The notes beneath the pieces are model-generated. The model saw only the letters and a program-made list of their open reading frames with translations. It searched no databases and was not told the DNA's origin. Positions 8,996 through 17,799 of a DNA stretch of 55,030 nt are shown piece by piece (position 1 is the first letter of the stretch; each line of letters starts with the position of its first letter). Source of the DNA: Candidatus Doudnabacteria bacterium (GTDB lineage Bacteria > Patescibacteriota > JABMPQ01 > JAGQLO01); NCBI GenBank assembly GCA_020429185.1, contig JAGQLO010000002.1, positions 1-55,030 on the forward strand, given 5' to 3'. The translations under genes and the position numbers were made by a program.

Positions 8996-9931
8996 ATGAG
9001 CCATTCCGTCCACGTATTAGATCGTCGTCGTGAAGTGTTGCAACAGGCACCTTCTTTTGTAGCGATTGGAAATGAAATTCTTGCAGGTCTTCGCAGTTCC
9101 GAAGAGCGTATTTCTTCAGCAACTGTCTTGAATCGATTGACGGATTTGAATGCTGACGTTTGGATGTTGTTTCGTGAAATTCGAACATGTTCTGATCGTG
9201 ATGCGTGCAGATTTACCCCTGCGCTTCTTGAGACATTCGAACTTTCTTCGATTCTTGATGCTGAGTGGGGAGTTTCTTCTGTTTCTGCGTTGCACCATCT
9301 GTACCAGAGCGACCAATCGGTTGTTGCTGTAAACGCGCTTGTTGCAAACTGTCTTGCGCGTGCCTTGGAGGCTGCCGAGCAAGATGGTGATGCTGCTCGT
9401 GTTGAACTTCTTTCTGGAGCGGGGTATGGCGCGCGACTCGAACGCGTTTCCTCAATTGCTGATGTTCTTGTTGTGCTAGTTGAACACTGTATCGTCCTTG
9501 CTGATAGCGTTTCTTGTACGCCTGAACAGCTACAAATCCTTCTCGCACTTCGACATCCTGAGGTATTTGAGGAGGCGCAATCCACGTGGAATGTGTCAGA
9601 CTGGGTTCGCTATGCACATCGACACTTTGGAACAGATGTAGCGCAGCGTGGACCCATGTCGTGCTTGCTTTCTCTGCGGTCTGCAATCGATGATGTTCTT
9701 GTCGAATGTCGGAAGCCGGTTGTGACACTCTCAGAGCTGTCAGCTCTTCCGGCAGACGCGACCTTCAACTTTCCCAAGTCGCTTCCGGTTCTTGGGCCAC
9801 TGTTGGCGCAAGTGCTGCTCGAAATCTGCACGGTTGCCAGCGTCTATGCTGTTGATCTTGAGCAGGCTCTTGTTGCGAAACGACTTCGTGCTTCTATTCA
9901 GATTCGAGAAAATCCCTATGCCGTCTCGTAA
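8996..9931 (+). CDS. Hypothetical protein (all-alpha looking), translationally coupled to the next gene
   Basis: ATG at 8996 preceded by GGAAGAA. The 8915 start adds an implausible hydrophobic/Cys-rich leader. The 3' end overlaps the downstream start by 14 nt. Confidence 0.65.
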   Translation: MSHSVHVLDRRREVLQQAPSFVAIGNEILAGLRSSEERISSATVLNRLTDLNADVWMLFREIRTCSDRDACRFTPALLETFELSSILDAEWGVSSVSALHHLYQSDQSVVAVNALVANCLARALEAAEQDGDAARVELLSGAGYGARLERVSSIADVLVVLVEHCIVLADSVSCTPEQLQILLALRHPEVFEEAQSTWNVSDWVRYAHRHFGTDVAQRGPMSCLLSLRSAIDDVLVECRKPVVTLSELSALPADATFNFPKSLPVLGPLLAQVLLEICTVASVYAVDLEQALVAKRLRASIQIRENPYAVS

Positions 9932-10883
9932 CACAAAGGCTGTGATTTCAGAGAAGCGAGCAAGAGATTTTTTTTCGTTTGTGTATGAGCGACAGCGTAT
10001 TTGGTACCGTCGTGAGATTCAAAAACGAGAAGCGCCGTGGACAGATGACGAGCTATTGCAGACATACAAGTTCATCAATATGTACAGAGAGTTGGATCGC
10101 TGCACGAAATACATCATGAACGCTGTTGAGTCCTTGCATGCAGATCGTGAAGCGCTGTTGTTAAACTTCATCTTCTACCGTTTTTTCAACCTAGATCACT
10201 TGTACGAAGATCTTGGTGTTGCTCCGTTCAGGCGACTTGATGCGAAAACGCATACAAGACTTGTTCAAGGATTTTCGCGCATGCGAGAGAAGGGAAAGCC
10301 TCTGTTTAATAATGCGTATGTCATTTCGCCTGGACACGATCGTAGCCCCAAGCATCTCACGATCCTGAAGGGGTTGCGTGTCGTTTCCGCCTCGATTCAA
10401 GGACTCATAAAGCAAATCGACGCAGCAGAAACGCCAGAAGATGCCTTTCTTGAGATACAAACAGTTCCACTTGTCGGTCCGTTTCTTGCGTGTGAAATTT
10501 GGACTGATTTTTCCTATGTAGATGGATTTGTCCAAGGTTGGACTGATAATGACTTCGTGAATGTCGGTCCTGGTGCGAAATGGGGGCTAGAATTATTGGC
10601 AGGTCAAAAACTTACTCGATCTGACCAACAGCGTTTGCTGCAGTGGCTTCATCAGAAGCAAGAAGACGTTTTGCCCGCCATTCACAAAGTTCTCGGTGCC
10701 ACACCTTCCTGGGAAACGATTTCCTATCAGGAAGCAGCTTCAAATACTCCGTTTCTTTCACTTACAAATGTTGAAGGTGCACTGTGTGAGTATCGAAAGT
10801 ATTTAAACCTCTCGAGTGGAAAGGGGAGGAGGCGATACTTTGAGCCCAGTGACCTCCAAGCGCGTGATTCGCTTCGCGCCTAA
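9918..10883 (+). CDS. aGPT-Pplase-like protein (alpha-glutamyl/putrescinyl thymine pyrophosphorylase family, often annotated 'nucleotide kinase domain protein'); tentative
   Basis: The N-terminal block FFSFVYERQRIWYRREIQKREAPWTDDELLQTYKFINMYRELDRCTKYI matches my recollection of the family signature (W..ER..I..r....PWTdD.iL..y.F.NvyRe.DR.T). Assignment is from memory, not from a search. Confidence 0.55.
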   Translation: MPSRNTKAVISEKRARDFFSFVYERQRIWYRREIQKREAPWTDDELLQTYKFINMYRELDRCTKYIMNAVESLHADREALLLNFIFYRFFNLDHLYEDLGVAPFRRLDAKTHTRLVQGFSRMREKGKPLFNNAYVISPGHDRSPKHLTILKGLRVVSASIQGLIKQIDAAETPEDAFLEIQTVPLVGPFLACEIWTDFSYVDGFVQGWTDNDFVNVGPGAKWGLELLAGQKLTRSDQQRLLQWLHQKQEDVLPAIHKVLGATPSWETISYQEAASNTPFLSLTNVEGALCEYRKYLNLSSGKGRRRYFEPSDLQARDSLRA

Positions 10884-10911
10884 AAAAAAGAGACCAGTCA
10901 GGATGACCGGT
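10881..10911 (-). terminator. Rho-independent terminator of island B ORF
   Basis: Minus strand: GACCGGTC-atcct-GACTGGTC (7/8 bp) followed by TCTTTTTTTT. On the plus strand no T-run follows, so it is effectively one-directional. Confidence 0.6.
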
Positions 10912-10959
10912 CGTTGCCGACGTCAGACCTCGTTGGGTTGTGAGTCGTGAAGGTGCAGT

Positions 10960-11634
10960 CTAGTGCGTGATGCAGCTCGCTCCGACGAGCGTCGCACGTA
11001 CGGTGCGGCTGTTCGGATGCATGGGCTGAGCACGCTCACCCGAAGAGAAGGTGCAGTTCCACGCCAGGCGGATGCTACCTACCCGCTCAGGCAAGAGTCG
11101 TTCGATCGCGTTCTTGCCCTCGGCCAAGCTCGAGGACACCACCGCGAAGCTCCAGCGCTTGTGGCGCGGATCCGGCGTGGGGAACGCCTTCAGGACCTTC
11201 GCCGCCTCACTGGTGAGGCAGGTCCAGCCGGGATACATGCCCGGCTGAGGACAAACCGCCAGGCCTCGCTGTCCGCGAACCTTCCAACGGCGCATCAAGC
11301 CCTGTTGGGCCCCGTGTCGCTGGAGTTCTGCGTACGGCAACCCGTTGGAGGGTCGTGTGACCACCTCGGTTTGACCCAGGTAGAGTCGCGCGAGCCCCTC
11401 TTCCTGACTCCGCCACTCGGTGTCTGGGACCCGTACACCAGCCGGAGCGATCACGAAGATGTCCACGACATTGGCAGCGCGGTTTCGTTGTACGAAGTAG
11501 CATGCCCGATCGGCTCGGGCGCGCTTCGAGGCATCACACGGCGCCACCTCGGGCGCCTGCATCTTCTTCACAGACTGGGCCGCGCCGCAGCCCGTGAAGA
11601 TGAGGGCCATCAGGCCCAGAATCATGGTGCGCAT
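10960..11634 (-). CDS. Orphan predicted lipoprotein (GC-rich island B)
   Basis: Start at ATG 11634, preceded by GGAAGGAG 4 nt upstream. Signal plus lipobox MRTMILGLMALIFTGC. 63% GC on one hand-counted line. The 244-aa plus-strand ORF over it looks like a shadow ORF. Confidence 0.65.
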   Translation of the reverse strand: MRTMILGLMALIFTGCGAAQSVKKMQAPEVAPCDASKRARADRACYFVQRNRAANVVDIFVIAPAGVRVPDTEWRSQEEGLARLYLGQTEVVTRPSNGLPYAELQRHGAQQGLMRRWKVRGQRGLAVCPQPGMYPGWTCLTSEAAKVLKAFPTPDPRHKRWSFAVVSSSLAEGKNAIERLLPERVGSIRLAWNCTFSSGERAQPMHPNSRTVRATLVGASCITH

Positions 11635-11798
11635 AGGTCTCCTTCCTGCGCGTCTTCCTGCAGAGCAGGCCGGAAAACATGCCACGTATGCGACTGATTG
11701 TCAATACGTCTGCATTCACCTCGTTCTGTTGTGTTTGTTGAAGGTGATGTCTGCTATGGTTTATGGGCAAGCTTCACACACAACAATCACTACAAGGT

Positions 11799-13066
11799 AT
11801 GGGCGCATCATTTGCATCACGGGGCTTCAGACGAGTTTCTGTAGCTGTCTTTGGTTGTCTTGGTCTTGTGGTGATCGCTCTCATGGGGATGTGGTTTCTA
11901 TTTTTTGGAGCAGGTGATCCTGCACCGCTTCCGGAAGCTCCAGAAGAAAACCAGTTTGGGTTTTTAACTGGTGGGCCATTTTTGCAGCAGCGCGTTGAGT
12001 TTCAAGCTGTTCGAAGGAGTGGCGCGGCATGGGCGCGTCCTCATCCAGGTGTCTTTTCATGGACAAGATGCAGAAGAGCGCAGGTTCTGAAATCGATTTT
12101 TCTGACACGGATCGCCTTGTGAAGGCAGCTGGCCAAGAGGGTGTCTCGCTTTTGATCACGCTGTGGCCCTATGTGGAATGGGATGCAACTGCGTCAGAAG
12201 ATCGCTGTACGGTTGAAGATGGGGATCCATTTTCACGAGATATCGGTGTGTACCGTTGTAATCCTACAGATTGGGACGCGTATCGTGCGTGGGTCATTGC
12301 TGTCGTAGAGCGATACGATGGAGACGGTATTGATGACATGGAAGGATTGCGTGTTCCTGTGAAGCATTGGGAAGTTATGAATGAGCCAGACTTGGCTGAT
12401 CCTGTTGCTCCAGATTCACCGATTCGTGCAGGTACACCGGGCCCAGGGGAAGGCTCTGAAGATGTTCGTCATCCACCAGTTCCTACGCCTCCAACACCTG
12501 AAGGAGGCTCGCTTCGATTTTATCTAGGTAATGCCTCGGACTATGCAGAACTTCTTATTCGAACGAATTCTGCCATAAAAGCGGCAGATTCAGATGCGCG
12601 CACGGTCATTGCAGGAGCGGCTGGCGGCTCTGATACGTTCCTCGATTTTTATCGAGAGGTATTTGAAAACGAGGAGGCTCGTGCTGCATTCGATATTGGG
12701 AATGTGCACTGTATTTCCAATGACTATGTTTCCTCGTTCAATGCTGTGCCGTATCGAGAGATGCTTGGTGAGTTTGGTCTAGAGGATCGACCGTTTTGGG
12801 TCACAGAAGCAGAAGCATTTGTGTCGAGTGATGCAGCGGTAACGGCAACAGCAATTCGACGCGCAACACAGAACGCGCTTGATGCAGGTGCGGAACGCAT
12901 CTTCTATACGACACCAAATTTTGAACAACCTGCTGGAGGAAACGAGATTCCACCTCTTTCGGCGCTTGATCAAACATTCGCAAATCTTGCTGCAGATGCT
13001 GATCTTTCGGAGGCAATCACACAGCCAGACGAAGTCTATGCACGTATACTTGCTGAATTCCTCTAG
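11799..13066 (+). pseudogene. Clan GH-A (GH5-like) glycoside hydrolase with N-terminal membrane anchor, interrupted by a -1 frameshift near 12062
   Basis: Frame 0 (11763/11799..12122) encodes the TM anchor and ...AAWARPHPGVFSW. Frame 2 continues DKMQKSAGSEIDFSDTDRLVKAAGQEGVSLLITLW ... KHWEVMNEPD (NEP acid/base motif). Reading G12062 twice joins them as FSW-DKMQ. Otherwise only 12029/12059..13066 is translatable. Confidence 0.6.
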
Positions 13067-13187
13067 TCATTCATTCATTATTGAGCCATCTGAAAGCGAG
13101 ACAGGTTGAGATTGACGAATGTGTCGTCTCTCCGTATCGTTTTTTGTTCTTGTCTTAGATTGAAGCTTACGAAACGAGGGGGATGTT

Positions 13188-14300
13188 TTGAACCGCTCAT
13201 CGAAATGGAAGTTGCCGATTCAACCAGGATTCTGCTTGTTCCTGGTGCTCGGCATGCCGGTCACGTACGTGTATCTACGTAGTCTGAATCTGTCAGATCC
13301 GGTTTCCGTGCTGGCGTCTGTGATGGTCCCAAGTTTGTATGTGCCTGCGATCATGGTTGTGGGCATGCTCTGGATGGCACTCACCGTGCTGACAGCGCTT
13401 GGTTTGGGGCTGCTGCTTTGGCCGTTGAAGGCATTTCAGATTACTCGGTACAACCTTGCGAACTGGGCGTACTTCATGGGTCCGCTCGGGTTCCGTTGGG
13501 TAATCTTTCCGCTCATGGGCATCACGCTCAAAGTGGATCGGTCCGAGTTGAAGCCGATTCGACGAACTGACTTCGTGAAGTGCTTGTCGATGCATCCATC
13601 TACATGGGGTCTTGGCTCTGTCACGTGGCCGCTCGTGGCGTTTGGGATGCCCAAGCCACTGATGACGGCGATCAAGTCGACGCTGTTTACCCTGCTCCGC
13701 CTGGGAATGCAGATTATCGATGCCGGCTGCGTCGTAGATCGAGAAGATCGCGCTCAAAGTACGGGGGCGATCCGTCGCGGCGCCTCTCGTCTTAAGCGAG
13801 GGGTCGTGACTGTGTACGTCGACGGCCACCGTCCCACAAGGAAGAGGATTACGGATGCTCGTGCGTTCTATGTCGATCGAGGTTGTGAAGATCTTGCTGC
13901 GCAAGTACGTACTGCTCGTCCAAGACCTGCCGGAACGCGCGCCTTGTTGACGCTCAATCCAGGAGCACGTGTAATCGTGTGCTTCGTCACTGCGTCTGGA
14001 TACGATCCTGGACTGACCGGGATCTTCCGAATGGCATTCGGCGGTATGATCTACGTGAAGCTGTTTGACCCGCCAGAGCCTCCTGAAGTTGTGGGTCGAG
14101 ACCGGAGTACTTCGATGGCAGATGTCGCGCAGTGGCTTGATCAAGTCTTTGTGACGACTGGTGGTGCCTGGATCGATGCCATGAAGGGGTGGCATCGGCG
14201 CCATCCGCTTCTCGGGACTCTCATGCCTGCCCCTGCGTCGAAGCATGTTCGCTGGTGGCAACGACCCGCGCAGCTGCTTGGGTGGCGTCCGCGTCCGTAA
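13188..14300 (+). CDS. Orphan membrane protein (GC-rich island C)
   Basis: TTG start 5 nt after GAGGGGGA. 3-4 N-terminal TM helices, then a soluble Arg-rich domain. 63% GC on one hand-counted line. The antisense 418-aa ORF is R/H/S/P-rich and looks like a shadow. Confidence 0.6.
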   Translation: MNRSSKWKLPIQPGFCLFLVLGMPVTYVYLRSLNLSDPVSVLASVMVPSLYVPAIMVVGMLWMALTVLTALGLGLLLWPLKAFQITRYNLANWAYFMGPLGFRWVIFPLMGITLKVDRSELKPIRRTDFVKCLSMHPSTWGLGSVTWPLVAFGMPKPLMTAIKSTLFTLLRLGMQIIDAGCVVDREDRAQSTGAIRRGASRLKRGVVTVYVDGHRPTRKRITDARAFYVDRGCEDLAAQVRTARPRPAGTRALLTLNPGARVIVCFVTASGYDPGLTGIFRMAFGGMIYVKLFDPPEPPEVVGRDRSTSMADVAQWLDQVFVTTGGAWIDAMKGWHRRHPLLGTLMPAPASKHVRWWQRPAQLLGWRPRP

Positions 14301-14434
14301 TGGACGCTCTTTCATGGTGCAAGTATGACCGGCTTGTAACTGATCCGTTGCGCGACGGGCGAAGTGGTCAATCCCGCTGCGTTCTTGCGTGTGATGCAGG
14401 CCCGAATCGACGCCGCGTACGATTTGGTCGGCTA

Positions 14435-14464
14435 GTTCGTTCATCTGAACGGACTTTTTCTTTT
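14435..14464 (+). terminator. Rho-independent terminator of island C
   Basis: GTTCGTTC-atct-GAACGGAC (one G-U pair) followed by TTTTTCTTTT. It lies ~135 nt after the stop, and the GC-rich composition continues up to it. Confidence 0.6.
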
Positions 14465-14568
14465 GGTTGCGATCTTTCTGTTTTTGCGCAAGAATAAGGG
14501 CAGTGTTAGGAGTGCAATAGCCGTTGCAGTCCTCATTTTCTTTGTTCAATATCTTGCCTGAATTACGT

Positions 14569-17500
14569 ATGAAAGATGATGTAAATCACGACTCCGCGGT
14601 TGCGAAATACGGGGTATTCTTTTTGAGAAAACGCCGCATTACGCTGCTTGCGATTTTAATCGTGCTTATTGGAGGGTTATACTCCATGGTCAATCTTGTC
14701 CGAGAAGGATTTCCGCAGGTTGCGGTTCCCGTTGGCCTGGTGTCTACAGTGTATCCTGGCGCTTCTTCCGTTGAAATTGAGCGACAAGTTACAGATCCAC
14801 TTGAGGCAGAGATTGCCGAAATCGATGGAATTAAGAGCTTGTCGAGCTCTTCAGGTCAGAATGTTTCAAGTATTAGTGTTGAATTAGAATCTTCTGCCGA
14901 CGAAGACGAAACATTCCGACAGTTGCGCGAAGCTGTGCAGCAAGTGCAGGCCGAACTTCCTGAAGGAGCAGAAGATACAACTGTTTCTTCATTAGAGGTT
15001 GGCACTGGCTTTAATATTCGCATCGGTGTTCGCTCGGAGGGCCTTTCGTACGATGAGTTATTGGCAAATGCTCGAACACTCCAAGAAGAGGTAAAGCTTA
15101 TTCCTGGCGTTTCTCGCGTAAATGTTATTGGGGAGCGCGAGCAGATCATTTCGGTTGATCTTGATGCCGTCGCTCTTCGTGACCGCGGACTTTCTGTCGA
15201 GCAGGTTTCCCAGATTGTTCGTGCCTCAAATGCCGATATCCCAGGTGGAACCGTTGAAAACGAGCAGGGAGGTCGTATTGCTGTTCGAACACTTGGTGCG
15301 TACCAAGATATTCAGGAACTACGCGATACACAGGTCGCTCCTGGAACTTCACTTGATGACATTGCAGACATCTCTGAAACACGTGAGCAAGACTTAGGTA
15401 TTTTGCGTCTTGGTGTTCGAGATGAAGAGGGGAATGCCGCTGCCTCTGACGCGTTGTTTGTTGATGTCTCAAAAGACTCAGAAGCGAACATTACAGATAT
15501 TCACGATGACATCATTGCGTTGCTTCCCCAACTTTCTGAGAACGGGACGCTTGCCGAGGGCATTGATACCGCAATTGTGCTCTCTGACGCTGACGATGTC
15601 CGCCGACAGCTTGATCAATTGATCACAAACGGATGGCAGGGTCTGCTCATTATCTTCGTTGTGTTGATGATTTTCATTAACCGACGCGGGTCTGTTGCGG
15701 TCGTGTTCATTATTCCGTTTGTGCTGCTGATCACGTTACTTGCGCTGTACCTTTCAGGGCAGACGCTGAACGTGATGATTCTGTTCTCGCTCATTCTTAC
15801 GATGGGAATGATCGTGGACAATGCGATCGTGATCGTTGAGTCGATTCAACACCACCTCGATAAGGGCAAAGATCGGATGCATGCCACAAAGGATGCGCTC
15901 GCTGAAACAGGTCCAGCTATTCTTGCCGCAACCATTACGACATTATTGGTGTTTATTCCGATGATGTTCCTGCCAGGTATCACGGGTGAGTTTATTAAGC
16001 TTATTCCGATTACGGTTGGAGCAGCCATTCTTGGATCGTTGTTCATTGCGCTTTCGATCACTCCATTCATTGCAACACTTGTTTTGAAAGAACGTCGTTC
16101 CCGCAAAACAGGGAAGATGAAGGAGGAATGGAAGCTCGTGAAGGGATACGGCTCCATGATGGATCGTTTGTTGAAGAGTAAGTTGCGTTTCTTGGTTGTA
16201 TTGGTTGCCTTCGGCCTCTTCGTGGGATCAATGAGCTTGCCAGCTACTGGCGTACTCGGCTCGGAGCAATGGCCAGCGGTCGACACAGAGTTCATGTTTG
16301 TGAATATCTCGATCGACAAAGACCAGCCGCGACAAGATCTTGTTGATGCAGTTGTACACGCAGAACAGATTGTGGGTGAGATGCCTGAAGTGAAAATCTA
16401 CTCCTTTACAACGGGAAGTTTCGGATTCCTTGGGTCAGGCTCAGGATCAATTCCAACCTCCGTGCTAGGGATTATCCAGTTAGGCGAAACTAATGAACGC
16501 GATCGAACCAGCCTTGAAATTGGAGAAGCTATTGAAGATGCTGTGAACTTCGATCGCGCTGAGATTACGGCTAGCGCTGGTGATGTTGGGCCTCCACAAG
16601 CTTCGTTTGAGATTCAATACCAGCTCTCTGGCTACGACACAGACAAGCTTCAGGAGCTTTCTATGGAAGCTGCTGAAGAATTCCGTTCGTATGAAGATGT
16701 CGCAGAGGTAGAAGATGGAGTAGAGGGTCAGACAGTAGAAGAACTTCGTGTTGTTCTTCGTCGTGAAGATCTCAAGAATGCAGGACTCACATCGGCTCAG
16801 GTAGGAGCAACCGTTCGTGCGATTTTGACCGGTTCATCTGCTGGATCTGTTCAGGTTGCCGGTGAAGAAACAACGCGTGACGTAGTACTCTCTGTTCCTG
16901 GTACAGAAGACATCGAAGACTTGAAGGCATTGCCAATTGCGACACCACTTGGAACGACGGTTCGACTTGATTCGATTGCGGATGTGTCTGAAGGTGCTTC
17001 GTTGGCAACCATTAAGCACTTTGACCAACAGCGCTTTGTACAGGGAAGCATAAGCGTTGCTGAAAATGAGTCAGGCAACAAAGACGTAGCCGCTGTTCAG
17101 ACGCGGGTTGAAGAGTTCTTTTCTGAGGAAAAGATCGCAGAATATGGATTGGATGAGCGTGCTGTGACCTATCGTGGTCAGTTTGAAGAAGACAATGAGT
17201 CGCTTGCTTCGATTGGTGTTGTCTTCTTGATTGCGATTTTGTTGATGTATCTGATTTTAGCTGCACAGTTCAACTCGCTCGGACAGCCATTCCTGATCCT
17301 GTTAACCGTGCCACTGGCGTTGACCTTGGTGTTCCCGGCACTTGCCGTGTTCGGAGAAGATCTTTCATTCCTCGCTTCGATTGGGGTTGTTGCCCTTGCG
17401 GGTGTGGTGGTGAACGACGCCATTGTGTACCTGAGTTATGTAAACACGCTGCGTCGACGCGGCATGAAGATTCATGAGGCGCTTGTCGAAGCTGGAAAGG

Positions 17501-17718
17501 TACGTTTGAAGCCGATTCTCTCTACGACGATCACTACGGCTGGTGGAATCTTACCGCTGACACTGACCGTGCCATTCTGGAAGGGAATGGGAATCACACT
17601 CATTGCAGGTCTCATTATGGCAACCCTGGGAACGTTGATTGTGATTCCGGTGATCTTTAAGACGACCTCGAACCTCACAGAACGGGTAATGAAGCGCATT
17701 CGGGCTCGCAAATCGTAG
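14569..17718 (+). CDS. RND-superfamily efflux permease (AcrB/HAE-type)
   Basis: About 1050 aa with 12-TM topology and two large loops. Typical motifs LILTMGMIVDNAIVIVE and GVVVNDAIVYL. ATG at 14569 (MKDDVNHD). Confidence 0.9.
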   Translation: MKDDVNHDSAVAKYGVFFLRKRRITLLAILIVLIGGLYSMVNLVREGFPQVAVPVGLVSTVYPGASSVEIERQVTDPLEAEIAEIDGIKSLSSSSGQNVSSISVELESSADEDETFRQLREAVQQVQAELPEGAEDTTVSSLEVGTGFNIRIGVRSEGLSYDELLANARTLQEEVKLIPGVSRVNVIGEREQIISVDLDAVALRDRGLSVEQVSQIVRASNADIPGGTVENEQGGRIAVRTLGAYQDIQELRDTQVAPGTSLDDIADISETREQDLGILRLGVRDEEGNAAASDALFVDVSKDSEANITDIHDDIIALLPQLSENGTLAEGIDTAIVLSDADDVRRQLDQLITNGWQGLLIIFVVLMIFINRRGSVAVVFIIPFVLLITLLALYLSGQTLNVMILFSLILTMGMIVDNAIVIVESIQHHLDKGKDRMHATKDALAETGPAILAATITTLLVFIPMMFLPGITGEFIKLIPITVGAAILGSLFIALSITPFIATLVLKERRSRKTGKMKEEWKLVKGYGSMMDRLLKSKLRFLVVLVAFGLFVGSMSLPATGVLGSEQWPAVDTEFMFVNISIDKDQPRQDLVDAVVHAEQIVGEMPEVKIYSFTTGSFGFLGSGSGSIPTSVLGIIQLGETNERDRTSLEIGEAIEDAVNFDRAEITASAGDVGPPQASFEIQYQLSGYDTDKLQELSMEAAEEFRSYEDVAEVEDGVEGQTVEELRVVLRREDLKNAGLTSAQVGATVRAILTGSSAGSVQVAGEETTRDVVLSVPGTEDIEDLKALPIATPLGTTVRLDSIADVSEGASLATIKHFDQQRFVQGSISVAENESGNKDVAAVQTRVEEFFSEEKIAEYGLDERAVTYRGQFEEDNESLASIGVVFLIAILLMYLILAAQFNSLGQPFLILLTVPLALTLVFPALAVFGEDLSFLASIGVVALAGVVVNDAIVYLSYVNTLRRRGMKIHEALVEAGKVRLKPILSTTITTAGGILPLTLTVPFWKGMGITLIAGLIMATLGTLIVIPVIFKTTSNLTERVMKRIRARKS

Positions 17719-17745
17719 GAACATTCCTCGTTTCGCGAATCAGGC

Positions 17746-17788
17746 AAAAACGGGTAGACTCGTGTGGTCTATCCGTTTTGTTTTCTTT
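17746..17788. terminator. Bidirectional-type rho-independent terminator after the RND gene
   Basis: AAAAA, then ACGGGTAGAC-tcgtgtg-GTCTATCCGT (10 bp, one G-U), then TTTGTTTTCTTT. Confidence 0.7.
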
Positions 17789-17799
17789 ACGTACACGAC

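Noticed and set aside
10963-11697. 244-aa plus-strand ORF covering island B
   Set aside because: It is an Arg/Ala/Gly-rich shadow of the minus-strand lipoprotein ORF. It has no SD and no plus-strand terminator. The minus-strand ORF has GGAAGGAG, a lipobox and a terminator.
13293-14549. 418-aa minus-strand ORF, longer than the plus-strand island C ORF it overlaps
   Set aside because: The translation is dominated by R/H/S/P/T low-complexity stretches typical of an antisense shadow ORF in high-GC DNA. Its ATG options lie in or before the plus-strand terminator hairpin. The plus-strand ORF has a strong SD, coherent TM helices and a terminator. Strand choice still deserves a GC3 check.
17764-17799. 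Upstream GTG start of crtI (MVYPFCFLYVHD...)
   Set aside because: These codons are encoded by the 3' arm and T-tract of the RND gene terminator. The FAD-binding fold begins right after GTG 17800.
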